The position numbers were made by a program, and so were the translations under genes. Source: Sandaracinaceae bacterium (GTDB lineage: Bacteria > Myxococcota_A > Polyangia > Polyangiales > Sandaracinaceae). Taken from it: a stretch of 23,419 bases of DNA. Positions 1-11,970 of this stretch are shown piece by piece. How positions within the stretch are numbered: position 1 is the first letter of the stretch; every line of letters starts with the position of its first letter. The stretch is from contig JBGAQA010000101.1 in the NCBI GenBank assembly GCA_044220955.1, positions 1 to 23,419 on the forward strand. The letters run 5' to 3'. A model generated the notes under the pieces. The model saw only the letters and a list, made by a program, of their open reading frames with translations, was not told the origin of the DNA and did not search any database.

Positions 1-325
1 AGGACGGCAGCCCGATCCGGAAGTAGACGGCCCGGACGGTGGCGCAGCGGGGACCGGTCAGGCGCGCCACGCGGAGGCGCTGCTCGCCGTGGGTCTCGGC
101 GACGGGCTCGACGCGGCGCAGGGGGATGTCGCAGCGCGGGCAGCGCTTGGCGGCCGCCTCGGCCTCGACCACCGAAGGCGTGGGCACCAGGATCGGGTCC
201 TCGGGGGAGCCGCCGTGCTCACGGTCCGCCGCGCGCTCGCGCGCCCGCAGGAGTCGTACGGACCGGAGAAGCCGCTGCCGCCGCGCGTGCGGCTCACCAA
301 GGAGATCGCCGACCTCGCCGAGCAT
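1..325 (-). CDS. Small hypothetical protein with Zn-ribbon-like CxxC; runs off the left edge, 5' end uncertain or truncated
   Basis: Not in the ORF track. The minus frame reads ...RARERAADREHGGSPEDPILVPTPSVVEAEAAAKRCPRCDIPLRRVEPVAETHGEQRLRVARLTGPRCATVRAVYFRIGLPS to the window edge, with natural GC3-rich codons over about 1-225. The nearest ATG is at 325, inside the helicase-coding region, so the start is doubtful. Confidence 0.6.
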   Translation of the reverse strand, partial: MLGEVGDLLGEPHARRQRLLRSVRLLRARERAADREHGGSPEDPILVPTPSVVEAEAAAKRCPRCDIPLRRVEPVAETHGEQRLRVARLTGPRCATVRAVYFRIGLPS

Positions 326-3055
326 CGCGACCAGGACCCGGGGCTGCGCCGCGACCCCTTCGACCGCGACGCGGAGATCGAGGCGATCCTCGAGGCCATC
401 CGTTCGCTCGCGCGCGAGGGCGGCCGCGGGCCCGAGCGCCCGCTGCGCGCGTGGCTCGGCGACCTCGACGCGTACGAGCGCACGCGCCCGCGCGATCACG
501 ACGGCATCGAGCGCGAGCTGACGAGCACGCTCCTCGCGAAGGACTTCGGCTGGGGGGAGCACCCGCTGCGCGCGCGCCTCGAGCGCTTCCGCGCGCGAGC
601 CGACGCCGACCTCGCGTTCTGTCTCGCGCGCGACCTCGCGCCCGCGCTGCGCGACTACGAGGCGCGCAAGCACGCGCTCGGCGTGCTCGACCACCTCGAC
701 GCGCTGCTCAGGGCCCGCGCGCTGCTCGCGTCGAGCCGGCCCGCCCGGCTGGCGCTCCGCAAGCGCTACCGCTTCCTCTTCGTCGACGAGGTGCAGGACG
801 TCGACCCCGTGCAGAAGGACATCGTCCTGCTCCTCGCCGGGAGCGACCCCGACGACACGGACCCCGCACGCGCGCGGCCTCGCCCTGGCTCGCTCTACCT
901 CGTCGGCGACCCCAAGCAGGCGATCTACGGCTTCCGCCGCGCGGACCTGCGCACCTACGTGGCGCTGAAAGAGGCGCTCGTCCCCGCCCACGCCGACATG
1001 CTGGAGCTCGGCGCGAGCTTCCGGCCCCGCCCGGCGATCGCGGCGCTCGTGAACCGCGCGTTCGCCGGCGTGTTCGACGGCGCGCCCGGCCAGGCGCGCT
1101 ACGTCGCGCTCGAGCCGCAGCGCCCCGCGATGGGCGACTTCCCGTCCGTCATCGCCTTGCCCTCGCCGGTCGCCACGATCTGGAAGGGCTCGATCACCAA
1201 GAAGTCGGTCCGGCCCGCGATACCCGACGCGATCGCCTCGTTCCTGCGCTGGCTCCTCGACGAGAGCGGCCTCGAGGTCGAGGACCCCGTCACGCGCGAG
1301 CGCGTGCCCGTGGCGCCCCGGCACGTCGGCATCCTCTTCAAGACGCTGCACGGGTACGAGGCGAACGGCGCACGCCAGGCGGAGGCGCTCGAGCGTCACG
1401 GCGTTCCGCACGCGTTCCTGGCCCCCGAGGCGTTCTTCGCGCGCGAGGTCGTGCTCGCCGCGAGCGCGCTCCTCTCCGCGATCGAGTGGCCCGACGACGC
1501 GCTCTCGGTGTACGCGACGCTCCGCGGGCCCTTGCTCGGCGTGCCGGACGCCGATCTGCTCGCGTTCCGCGACATCGCCGGCCACCTCCATCCGCTGGCC
1601 GACACGGTGGCCACGGGTCTGTCGGCCGATCTGCTCGTCGTACGCGACGCCCTGGCGCTCCTCGGCGCGCTCCATCGCGGGCGGCACGGGCGCGCCATCG
1701 AGGCGACGCTCGGGGCCTTCCTCGAGCGATGCGAGGCCGAGGTGTACTTCGCGCTGACCGAGCGACCGGGCGAGGCCCGCGCGCTCGAGCAGCTACGCCG
1801 GATCGCGCGCCGCTTCGACGTGCGCGGCGCCTCGTTCCGCGATCTGGCTCGCTGGATCGGCGACCGGGTCGAGGACCCGCGCCTCGGCGGGGTGGAGGTT
1901 CCGAGCGACCCGGACGATCCGGACACGGTCTCCGTGCTCACCGTGCATCGCGCCAAGGGCCTCGAGTTCCCCGTGGTCGTCCTGGGCGATCCGGCGACGC
2001 GGCCTCTTCGCGAGCGAGGCGCGGGCCGCTACGTCGACCCCGCCCGAAGCGTGGCGATCCGCGAGCTAGCGGGCTTCGCGCCGATCGAGCTGCGCGAGCA
2101 CCTCGACACCGCGACCGCGCTGGAGCGGGCCGAGGCGATGCGCCTGCTCTACGTCGGGGCGACGCGCGCGCGCGACGTGCTGGTGGTCCCCACGGTCGGG
2201 CACCTCGAGATCGAGAGCTCGTGGATGACGCCGCTCGCGCGCGCGCTGGTGCCGGACGATCCGCGCGGCGTGACCGGTTCCTTCGCGCGGCTGCCCCCCT
2301 TCGGAGAGCGGACGATGCTCGAGGGTGGGCCCAAGACGATGGGCGTGCGCCCCGGGCACCACGCCGCGCACCTCGAGGGGCACGGGGTGACGTACTGGGA
2401 CCCGCAGCACCTCTTGCGTCCGACGCCCGCGCGCGACCCTCGCGGCGTGACGCATCTGGTCGACCAGGTCGAAGGGCGCTCGGCGCTCGAGGTGGAGCGC
2501 GCCTGGGAGGCCGAGCGAACGCGCGTGCTCGAGACGGCCGCGCTCGGCAGCCTCGAGGTGCGCTCGGCGCGCGCGCTCGCGCGTACGCCCGCGGGCGCCA
2601 TGGCCGGCACCGTCGACGTGACCGAGATCGACCTCGGTCCGGCGGGCGCGGAGGGCGCACGCTTCGCCCGGCTCGTCGCGCAGCTCGCGAGCGAGCCGGG
2701 GCCCGACCTCGAGGCCGCTGCACGGGCTCGCGCGCGCGCCCTCGGCGCGACGGGGAGCGAGCGGGAGGCCGCGCTCGCCGCGATCGCTGCCCTGCGCCTG
2801 GAGCCGACGCTCGCCGCGCTCCTCACTCACCCCGACGCCCGGCCCGACGTCCCCTACACGCTCGCGACGGACGCGGGCCCCGTCGCCTGGGGCCGGATCG
2901 CGTGGGTCGCGCCGGCCGACGCCGGCCTCGCCGTCGTGGGTGTGTGCGTCGGCGCCAGCGCCGAGGTCGCGCGGACGGAGCTGTCGATCGCCGCCACGGC
3001 GCTGGAACGCGCGCGGAATCAGCCGGTTCGCGCCTACCTCGCGCGGCTGCGCTGA
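215..3055 (+). CDS. AddA/RecB-like UvrD-family (SF1A) helicase, N-terminally truncated, with degenerate C-terminal nuclease domain (possible pseudogene)
   Basis: Motifs FVDEVQD (II), VGDPKQAIYGFRRAD (III), SFR (IV), LTVHRAKGLEFPVV (V) and EAMRLLYVGATRARD (VI) are present. No AGxGKT Walker A. The first ~42 aa of track ORF 89..3055 are the antisense of the minus-strand gene. Candidate starts: GTG 215 (GGAG at 206-209) or GTG 287. Confidence 0.8.
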   Translation: MLTVRRALARPQESYGPEKPLPPRVRLTKEIADLAEHRDQDPGLRRDPFDRDAEIEAILEAIRSLAREGGRGPERPLRAWLGDLDAYERTRPRDHDGIERELTSTLLAKDFGWGEHPLRARLERFRARADADLAFCLARDLAPALRDYEARKHALGVLDHLDALLRARALLASSRPARLALRKRYRFLFVDEVQDVDPVQKDIVLLLAGSDPDDTDPARARPRPGSLYLVGDPKQAIYGFRRADLRTYVALKEALVPAHADMLELGASFRPRPAIAALVNRAFAGVFDGAPGQARYVALEPQRPAMGDFPSVIALPSPVATIWKGSITKKSVRPAIPDAIASFLRWLLDESGLEVEDPVTRERVPVAPRHVGILFKTLHGYEANGARQAEALERHGVPHAFLAPEAFFAREVVLAASALLSAIEWPDDALSVYATLRGPLLGVPDADLLAFRDIAGHLHPLADTVATGLSADLLVVRDALALLGALHRGRHGRAIEATLGAFLERCEAEVYFALTERPGEARALEQLRRIARRFDVRGASFRDLARWIGDRVEDPRLGGVEVPSDPDDPDTVSVLTVHRAKGLEFPVVVLGDPATRPLRERGAGRYVDPARSVAIRELAGFAPIELREHLDTATALERAEAMRLLYVGATRARDVLVVPTVGHLEIESSWMTPLARALVPDDPRGVTGSFARLPPFGERTMLEGGPKTMGVRPGHHAAHLEGHGVTYWDPQHLLRPTPARDPRGVTHLVDQVEGRSALEVERAWEAERTRVLETAALGSLEVRSARALARTPAGAMAGTVDVTEIDLGPAGAEGARFARLVAQLASEPGPDLEAAARARARALGATGSEREAALAAIAALRLEPTLAALLTHPDARPDVPYTLATDAGPVAWGRIAWVAPADAGLAVVGVCVGASAEVARTELSIAATALERARNQPVRAYLARLR

Positions 3056-3071
3056 CGTACGAGCGCCCGCT

Positions 3072-3097
3072 CGATCCAGCAGGCGGGGTCGGTCGTA
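3072..3097 (+). promoter_or_regulatory. Putative ECF sigma promoter (cGATCC-N16-CGTA), likely autoregulatory
   Basis: CGATCC at 3072-3077, 16-nt spacer, CGTA at 3094-3097, directly upstream of the ECF gene. Resembles the TGATCC-N16-CGTA consensus of RpoE/ChrR (ECF11-type) promoters. Confidence 0.6.
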
Positions 3098-3250
3098 CTT
3101 GCTTCCGTGGCCCCCACCCCGCACCATCGAACGGAGCCTCGAGAGTGGGCTTCTCGAGCCGGGCGCGGGGTCGTTCCCGGCCTCGGCATGGTGCGGCGCT
3201 CCACGATGTGGGCCGCCGCGCGACATCGCTTCTCGCGACGCCCGGACATC

Positions 3251-3901
3251 GTGAACGAAGAAAGCGCCGAGACAGCCGCGAAGCCCGAGGACGCGAACGC
3301 GGCAGACGCCGCGCTCGTGCTGGCCGTCGCGGCCGGCGACCGCCAGGCCCTCGCCGCCCTCTACGATCGACACGGCTCCGCGATGCTCGGGCTCGGCGTG
3401 CGCGTGCTGCGCAACCGGCGCGACGCCGAGGACGTGCTGCACGACGTGTTCCTCGAGGTCTGGCGCCGCGCGCACACCTACGATCGCACGCGCGCTTCGG
3501 TGCGCGGCTGGCTCTTCCTGATGATGCGCTGCCGCTCGCTCGACCGCCGGAAGTCGGCGGCCGTCGCCCTCTCGACGTCGCTCGAGGTGACCGGGCTCGA
3601 CGCCGTGGCCGGAAAGGTCTCGTCGCTGGCCGCCGCGACCGGCGCGAGCGGCGAAGCTGCCGCGCTGGCGCTCGACCACAAGCGCGCCGTCGAGGCGCTC
3701 GCCCGGCTGCCCGATTCCCAGCGCGCCGTGCTCGTCCTCGGCTACTTCGAGGGCCTCAGCTCGAGCGAGATCGCGACCGAGCTCGGCCTGCCCATCGGGA
3801 CGGTGAAGTCGCGCGTCGCCGCCGCGATGCGCGCGCTGAGGGTCAACCTCGGGGTCGACCCGAGCGTCGACCGCGGATCGGCAGAGGAGACGCAGCGATG
3901 A
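3251..3901 (+). CDS. ECF-family RNA polymerase sigma-70 factor
   Basis: Region 2 (ALAALYDRH...DAEDVLHDVFLEVWRRA...GWL) and region 4 (LPDSQRAVLVLGYFEGLSSSEIATELGLPIGTVKSR). Start uncertain (GTG 3107, ATG 3188/3206, or GTG 3251). Stop overlaps the next ATG (ATGA). Confidence 0.93.
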   Translation: MNEESAETAAKPEDANAADAALVLAVAAGDRQALAALYDRHGSAMLGLGVRVLRNRRDAEDVLHDVFLEVWRRAHTYDRTRASVRGWLFLMMRCRSLDRRKSAAVALSTSLEVTGLDAVAGKVSSLAAATGASGEAAALALDHKRAVEALARLPDSQRAVLVLGYFEGLSSSEIATELGLPIGTVKSRVAAAMRALRVNLGVDPSVDRGSAEETQR

Positions 3902-4494
3902 CCACCCGAGCCGAGCCCACGCTGCTCGAGCGGTTCCTCTCGGAGGCGCTGGCCGAGGGCGCGCCGATCGAGAGCACCGAGGCGCTCGGCCTCGCGGTCG
4001 ACGCGGTGCCGCTGCCGCCCGCGCTGCGCTCGCGGCTGGAAGAGTCGCTCGATCGCACGCACCGCTTCGACGACCTCGAGGACATCGTGGCCGAGCTCGC
4101 GGACCTGCCGATCGACCAGGCGCGCGCGCTGCTCTTGCGCGTGGACGCGCCGGCGGCGCGCTGGGATCCGGGCCCCGCGCCCGGGATCGATCTGCTGCAC
4201 TTCGACGGGGGCCCGCGCGTGAAGGACGCCGTGACCGGCTTCGTGCGGCACGCGCCGGGGACGACGTTCCCGGAGCACGACCACGTCGGCGGCGAGCGCG
4301 TGCTCGTGCTGCAGGGCGCCTTCGAGGACGCGGACGGCGTCGTGTATCGCAGCGGCGAGGTCGCCGTGCGTGGACCTTGCTCGCCTCACTCGTATCGGGC
4401 CGTCGGACCGCTGCCGCTCGTGACCATGGCGGTGGTGCACGGCGGCGTCATCCTGGGCGGGATCACCATTCCCCCGGGCGATCCGCGCGCGTAG
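3898..4494 (+). CDS. ChrR-like cupin-domain putative anti-sigma factor (198 aa)
   Basis: C-terminal part of track ORF 451..4494 from MTTRAEPT. Cupin motif FPEHDHVGGERVLVLQGAFED...SPHS. Translationally coupled to the ECF gene. Confidence 0.85.
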   Translation: MTTRAEPTLLERFLSEALAEGAPIESTEALGLAVDAVPLPPALRSRLEESLDRTHRFDDLEDIVAELADLPIDQARALLLRVDAPAARWDPGPAPGIDLLHFDGGPRVKDAVTGFVRHAPGTTFPEHDHVGGERVLVLQGAFEDADGVVYRSGEVAVRGPCSPHSYRAVGPLPLVTMAVVHGGVILGGITIPPGDPRA

Positions 4495-4525
4495 CGGCGG
4501 GGCGGAGAGCGCTATGATGCGCGCC

Positions 4526-6025
4526 ATGTCGCGCGCCGCGTGGATAGCGCTCGGGGTCCTCTCCCTCTCCCTCTCGCTCCCGGCGCGCGCGCAGGACGTG
4601 CCACCCCCTCCCGCGGCCTACGCATCGGCGTCGATCGGCGTCGATCTCGTCGTCGAGCCGCTCGTCGCGGCCGCCGAGGCCGATCTCGCGCGTGGCGAGC
4701 TGGTGATGGCGCTCGCGCGCGCCCAGGTGGTGATCGCGGAGACCGCCGCGTCGAGCTCGGTGCGCGTGCGCGCGGAGGGGCTGACGCTGCTCGCGCGGCA
4801 GCGCCTCGGAGCCCAGGTTCCCGGCACCGTCTCGACCGACGACGCGTACGCCCCGCTGCTGAGCGCGGCGACGGACGACGTGACGGCGGGGCGCTTCGAT
4901 CTCGGGCGCGCGCGCCTCGCGTGGATCGCGGCGCACGCGCCCGCCGAGAGCGCGCTCGCGCTGCGGGGCAGGTCGGTGCTCGCCGCGCTCGAGGCCCGCG
5001 CCGCGAGCGCGCCGCCCACCGCGCCGGCGGCGAGCGTCCTGCCTGCGCCCGTCGCGCCCGCGCCGGCCCCGACGTGGGTCGTTCCGCCGCCGGTCACGAC
5101 CGGCGCGCGCGCCTCGACCTCCGTCCCGACCGGCCCTCCCGAGGATCCCCGGCGGCGCGCGGACGCGGAGATCATCGACCTCTACGTCACCGCCGGCCTG
5201 ATGGGCGCGTACTTCGGCGCATGGATCCCCGAGAGCGCCGGGCTGATCGAGCACAGCCCGAGCGACGAGGCGAGCCGGACGCTGGCGTTCGCGATGATCG
5301 GCGGCGCCGGCGTCCTCACGCTGAGCGTGTTCGGGCTCGACCAGATCGATCACGGACCGCGCAGCGGACAGCCGACCGCGATCGCGACGGGGATCCGCTT
5401 CGGCTTCGTGCTCTCCGGGCTCTCGCTCGGCGTCCTGTCGGCGCGCTCGTCGTACTCGACGGGCGAGGCGTTCGACGCGATGGGGATCGGCCTCGTGGGC
5501 GGCGCCCTGCTCGGGACGATCTTCGCGTACGCCGCCGAGCCTCACCCCTCCCAGGTGCAGTTCACGCAGACGTCGGGGATCTGGGGCGGCGTCCTCGGCG
5601 CGCAGCTCGCCGCCCTGATCGCGCCGCTCGCGTTCCCCAACCTCGGCGCGGGCGACGATCGGATGGAGGCAGGCTTCGGGATCACCCTCGGCGGCATGTC
5701 CGCCGGCCTCCTGACCGGCATGGTGCTGAGCGCGGCGCACGAGCACTTCTCCTCGCGCCGCGCGTGGCTCGCGACGCTGGGTCAGCTCGCGGGCACCGGC
5801 GCCGGAACGCTGATCTGGCTCCTCGTGAGCGCGGCGACCGACACGTTCGACGCCCCGACGTGGGGCGGCATCTCCGCGGCGACGGGACTCGGCGGCCTGA
5901 TCCTCGTGACCGCGCTGACCGGCAACGATCACGGGCCGCGCGAGTGGGACGAGACGCCCGAGGTGCAGCTGAGCGTGTCGCCGACGATGGGCGGCGCGAC
6001 GGTGGGGCTCGGCGGCGCGTTCTGA
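4526..6025 (+). CDS. Hypothetical exported/membrane protein (signal peptide, two helical repeats, Pro-rich linker, Gly-rich hydrophobic helices)
   Basis: MSRAAWIALGVLSLSLSLPARA-Q signal peptide, Pro/Ala linker, many Gly-rich hydrophobic segments, C-terminus ...GATVGLGGAF. Alternative ATGs at 4514 and 4517. Confidence 0.8.
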   Translation: MSRAAWIALGVLSLSLSLPARAQDVPPPPAAYASASIGVDLVVEPLVAAAEADLARGELVMALARAQVVIAETAASSSVRVRAEGLTLLARQRLGAQVPGTVSTDDAYAPLLSAATDDVTAGRFDLGRARLAWIAAHAPAESALALRGRSVLAALEARAASAPPTAPAASVLPAPVAPAPAPTWVVPPPVTTGARASTSVPTGPPEDPRRRADAEIIDLYVTAGLMGAYFGAWIPESAGLIEHSPSDEASRTLAFAMIGGAGVLTLSVFGLDQIDHGPRSGQPTAIATGIRFGFVLSGLSLGVLSARSSYSTGEAFDAMGIGLVGGALLGTIFAYAAEPHPSQVQFTQTSGIWGGVLGAQLAALIAPLAFPNLGAGDDRMEAGFGITLGGMSAGLLTGMVLSAAHEHFSSRRAWLATLGQLAGTGAGTLIWLLVSAATDTFDAPTWGGISAATGLGGLILVTALTGNDHGPREWDETPEVQLSVSPTMGGATVGLGGAF

Positions 6026-6030
6026 TCCGA

Positions 6031-7017
6031 TCAGCGCGCGTAGAGGCCCGCGTACGGATCGACCGCGCCCCTGGCGCTCGCGACGATCTCGGCCGCGCCC
6101 TCCGCGAGCAGGCGATCGGCCGCGGCGACGCCGAGCGCGCGCGCGCTCGCGATCGCGTCGCGCCCATCGAGCGAGACGTCGTCGCCGGTCACGAGCACCC
6201 GCGATCCGTCGAGCGCACCGACCATCGCGTCGAGGCGGAAGCGACCGTCGACCGCGCGCGCGTGCGCCGCGACGGGCGTCGTGCAGCTGCCGTGCAGGCG
6301 CGCGAGGAACGCCCGCTCGCACTCCACGGCGATGCGCGTCTGCGCGTGCTCGAGCGGCGCGAGCAGCGCGCGCACCTCGGCGTCGTCCTCCCTCGTCTCG
6401 ATCCCGAGGGCGCCCTGCCCCACGGCGGGGATCGACTGCTCGATCGGGATCGGGACGAACCTGCGATCGCGGTCGAGGCCGAGGCGCTTCAGGCCCGCGA
6501 GCGCCAGGACGGCCGCGTCGACCTCGCCCTCGTCGAGCTTGCGCAGCCGGGTGCCGACGTTGCCCCGAAGCGCGGCGAACGCGAGATCGTTGCGCTCGCG
6601 GTGGAGCTGGACCGCGCGTCGCAAGGACGACGTGCCGACGCGCGCGCCCGCCTCCAGAGAGAAGAGGTCGCCGCCGTGCGGGGTGACCAGCACGTCGCGC
6701 GGGTCCTCTCGCTCGGGGATGGCCGCCAGCACCATCCCCCGCGCGAGCGCCTCCGGCACGTCCTTCATCGAGTGCACGGCGATCTGCGCGCGGCCATCGG
6801 CGAGCGCGGCCTCGACCTCCGACACGAAGAGCCCCTTGCCACCGACCTTCGCGAGCGGCTTGTCGAGCACGCGATCGCCCTCGGTGACGAGCTGCACCTC
6901 CTCGATCACGACCTCGGGCCCGCCCCGCTCTCGGGCGTGCGCGCGGATGCGCTCGGCGACCCAGCGCGTCTGTGCGAGGGCGAGCGGGCTCTTGCGGGTG
7001 GCGATGCGGACGAGCAC
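6031..7017 (-). CDS. hemC: Hydroxymethylbilane synthase (porphobilinogen deaminase)
   Basis: IATRKSPLALAQ, GGKGLFVSE, AVHSMKDVP, GTSSLRR, LRGNVGTRLRKL, PAVGQGALG, GSCTTP. Confidence 0.97.
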   Translation of the reverse strand: MLVRIATRKSPLALAQTRWVAERIRAHARERGGPEVVIEEVQLVTEGDRVLDKPLAKVGGKGLFVSEVEAALADGRAQIAVHSMKDVPEALARGMVLAAIPEREDPRDVLVTPHGGDLFSLEAGARVGTSSLRRAVQLHRERNDLAFAALRGNVGTRLRKLDEGEVDAAVLALAGLKRLGLDRDRRFVPIPIEQSIPAVGQGALGIETREDDAEVRALLAPLEHAQTRIAVECERAFLARLHGSCTTPVAAHARAVDGRFRLDAMVGALDGSRVLVTGDDVSLDGRDAIASARALGVAAADRLLAEGAAEIVASARGAVDPYAGLYAR

Positions 7018-7050
7018 GCGCGCAGCCTATCGCATCTGCGTCGGCCCGCG

Positions 7051-7494
7051 TCAGCGCCCGTGGCAGTGGACGCTGAGGGCGTCGGCGATCGGATCGCACT
7101 CGCCGGCGTCCGAGGCCCAGCCGCGACGCTGGCAGACCGTGTCCGCGAAGTCCCAGTCCGCCATCGCGCTCGGGGCGGGGACGCCGTCGCAGAGCGTGGG
7201 GTCGGGGCTCGGCACGGCGCGCAGGCACGCCTGCAGGAACCCCTGCGCGCCGAGCGTGCAGTCGGGATCGATGACCCCGCAGGCGAGCGTCCGGTCGTGC
7301 GCGAGCACGATGCAATGCTCCGAGGTGCCCCGCCGGCCTTCGTCCATCCCCTCGCGCTCGGCGCGCTCGTCCTCGATCTGCGCGTCCGGGGCGCTCACCA
7401 CGGCGTAGCCGAGCCCGCCACAGACGCAGACGGCGAGAGAGAGCAGCACGAGCGCGACCGAGCCCGCCGCGAGGAGCCACCCGCGTCCTTCCAT
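7051..7494 (-). CDS. Hypothetical N-terminally membrane-anchored Cys-rich protein (147 aa)
   Basis: Hydrophobic N-terminus followed by a domain with 8 spaced Cys. GC3-rich codons. Co-oriented with and upstream of hemC. Confidence 0.75.
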   Translation of the reverse strand: MEGRGWLLAAGSVALVLLSLAVCVCGGLGYAVVSAPDAQIEDERAEREGMDEGRRGTSEHCIVLAHDRTLACGVIDPDCTLGAQGFLQACLRAVPSPDPTLCDGVPAPSAMADWDFADTVCQRRGWASDAGECDPIADALSVHCHGR

Positions 7495-7572
7495 GCCGCC
7501 GCGCCTAGCACGTGACCGGCGTCACGGAAACCATCGCGCGTCACGAGGGCACGGCCCTATGCTCCCGCCCGC

Positions 7573-8622
7573 ATGGCGAAGATGCGGGCGCTCGTGAAGT
7601 CCAAGAAGGAAGTCGGCATCTGGATGGGCGAGGCCGAGGTGCCCGACGTGGGCCCCAACGACGTCCGCATCCGGATCAAGAAGACGGCCATCTGCGGCAC
7701 GGACGTCCACATCTACAACTGGGACGACTGGGCCAAGAAGACGATCCCGGTGCCGATGCACGTCGGGCACGAGTACGTCGGCGAGATCGTCGACGTCGGC
7801 TCGCACGTGCGCGGCTTCAAGGAGGGCGACCGCGTCAGCGGCGAGGGACACCTCACGTGCGGCCACTGCCGCAACTGCCGCGCCGGCAAGCGCCACCTCT
7901 GCCGCAACACGGTGGGCGTCGGCGTGAACCGTCCCGGCTGCTTCGCGGACTACCTCGTCATCCCCGCGGAGAACGCGTTCAAGCTGCCCGGGACGATCCC
8001 CGACGACATCGCGTCGTTCATGGACCCCTACGGCAACGCCACGCACACCGCGCTCTCGTTCGACCTCGTCGGCGAGGACGTGCTGATCACCGGCGCGGGG
8101 CCGATCGGCGTGATGGCCGTGGCGATCGCCAGGCACGTCGGGGCGCGGCACGTGGTGATCACCGACGTGAACGACTACCGCCTCGATCTCGCCCGCAAGA
8201 TGGGCGCGACGCGCGCCGTCAACGTCACCAACGAGAAGCTCAGCGGCGTGATGGAGGAGCTCGGCATGCTCGAGGGCTTCGACGTCGGCCTCGAGATGAG
8301 CGGCAACCCGCAGGCGTTCCGCGACATGCTGTCCACGATGAACCACGGCGGTCGCGTCGCGATCCTCGGGATTCCGCCGGAGAGCGCGGCGATCGACTGG
8401 AACCAGGTGATCTTCAAGGGCCTCGTGCTCAAGGGCGTGTACGGCCGGGAGATGTACGAGACCTGGTACAAGATGGTCGCGATGCTCGAGAGCGGCCTCG
8501 ACATCTCGCCCGTGCTGACCCATCGCTTCCCGATCTCGAGCTTCCAGGAGGGGTTCGACGTGATGCGGAGCGGCCACTCCGGCAAGGTCGTCCTCGACTG
8601 GACGGAGGGCGCGGCGCGCTGA
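7573..8622 (+). CDS. tdh: L-threonine 3-dehydrogenase
   Basis: [69 protein letters not shown]. Confidence 0.97.
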   Translation: MAKMRALVKSKKEVGIWMGEAEVPDVGPNDVRIRIKKTAICGTDVHIYNWDDWAKKTIPVPMHVGHEYVGEIVDVGSHVRGFKEGDRVSGEGHLTCGHCRNCRAGKRHLCRNTVGVGVNRPGCFADYLVIPAENAFKLPGTIPDDIASFMDPYGNATHTALSFDLVGEDVLITGAGPIGVMAVAIARHVGARHVVITDVNDYRLDLARKMGATRAVNVTNEKLSGVMEELGMLEGFDVGLEMSGNPQAFRDMLSTMNHGGRVAILGIPPESAAIDWNQVIFKGLVLKGVYGREMYETWYKMVAMLESGLDISPVLTHRFPISSFQEGFDVMRSGHSGKVVLDWTEGAAR

Positions 8623-8635
8623 ACACTCGCCGGGC

Positions 8636-11970
<3,335 letters not shown>

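Noticed and set aside
451..3897. N-terminal ~1150 aa of the 1347-aa ORF 451..4494
   Set aside because: Arg/Ala/Pro-rich off-frame shadow of the helicase and sigma genes; only the part from ATG 3898 is protein-like.
6023..6054. TGATCC with nearby CGTA as a second ECF promoter
   Set aside because: Spacers are 11 and 22 nt rather than 16, and it sits at convergent gene ends.
4463..7515. Long ORFs 4463..7480 and 4540..7515
   Set aside because: Off-frame or antisense shadows of the membrane protein gene and hemC; stop codons are scarce at this GC content.
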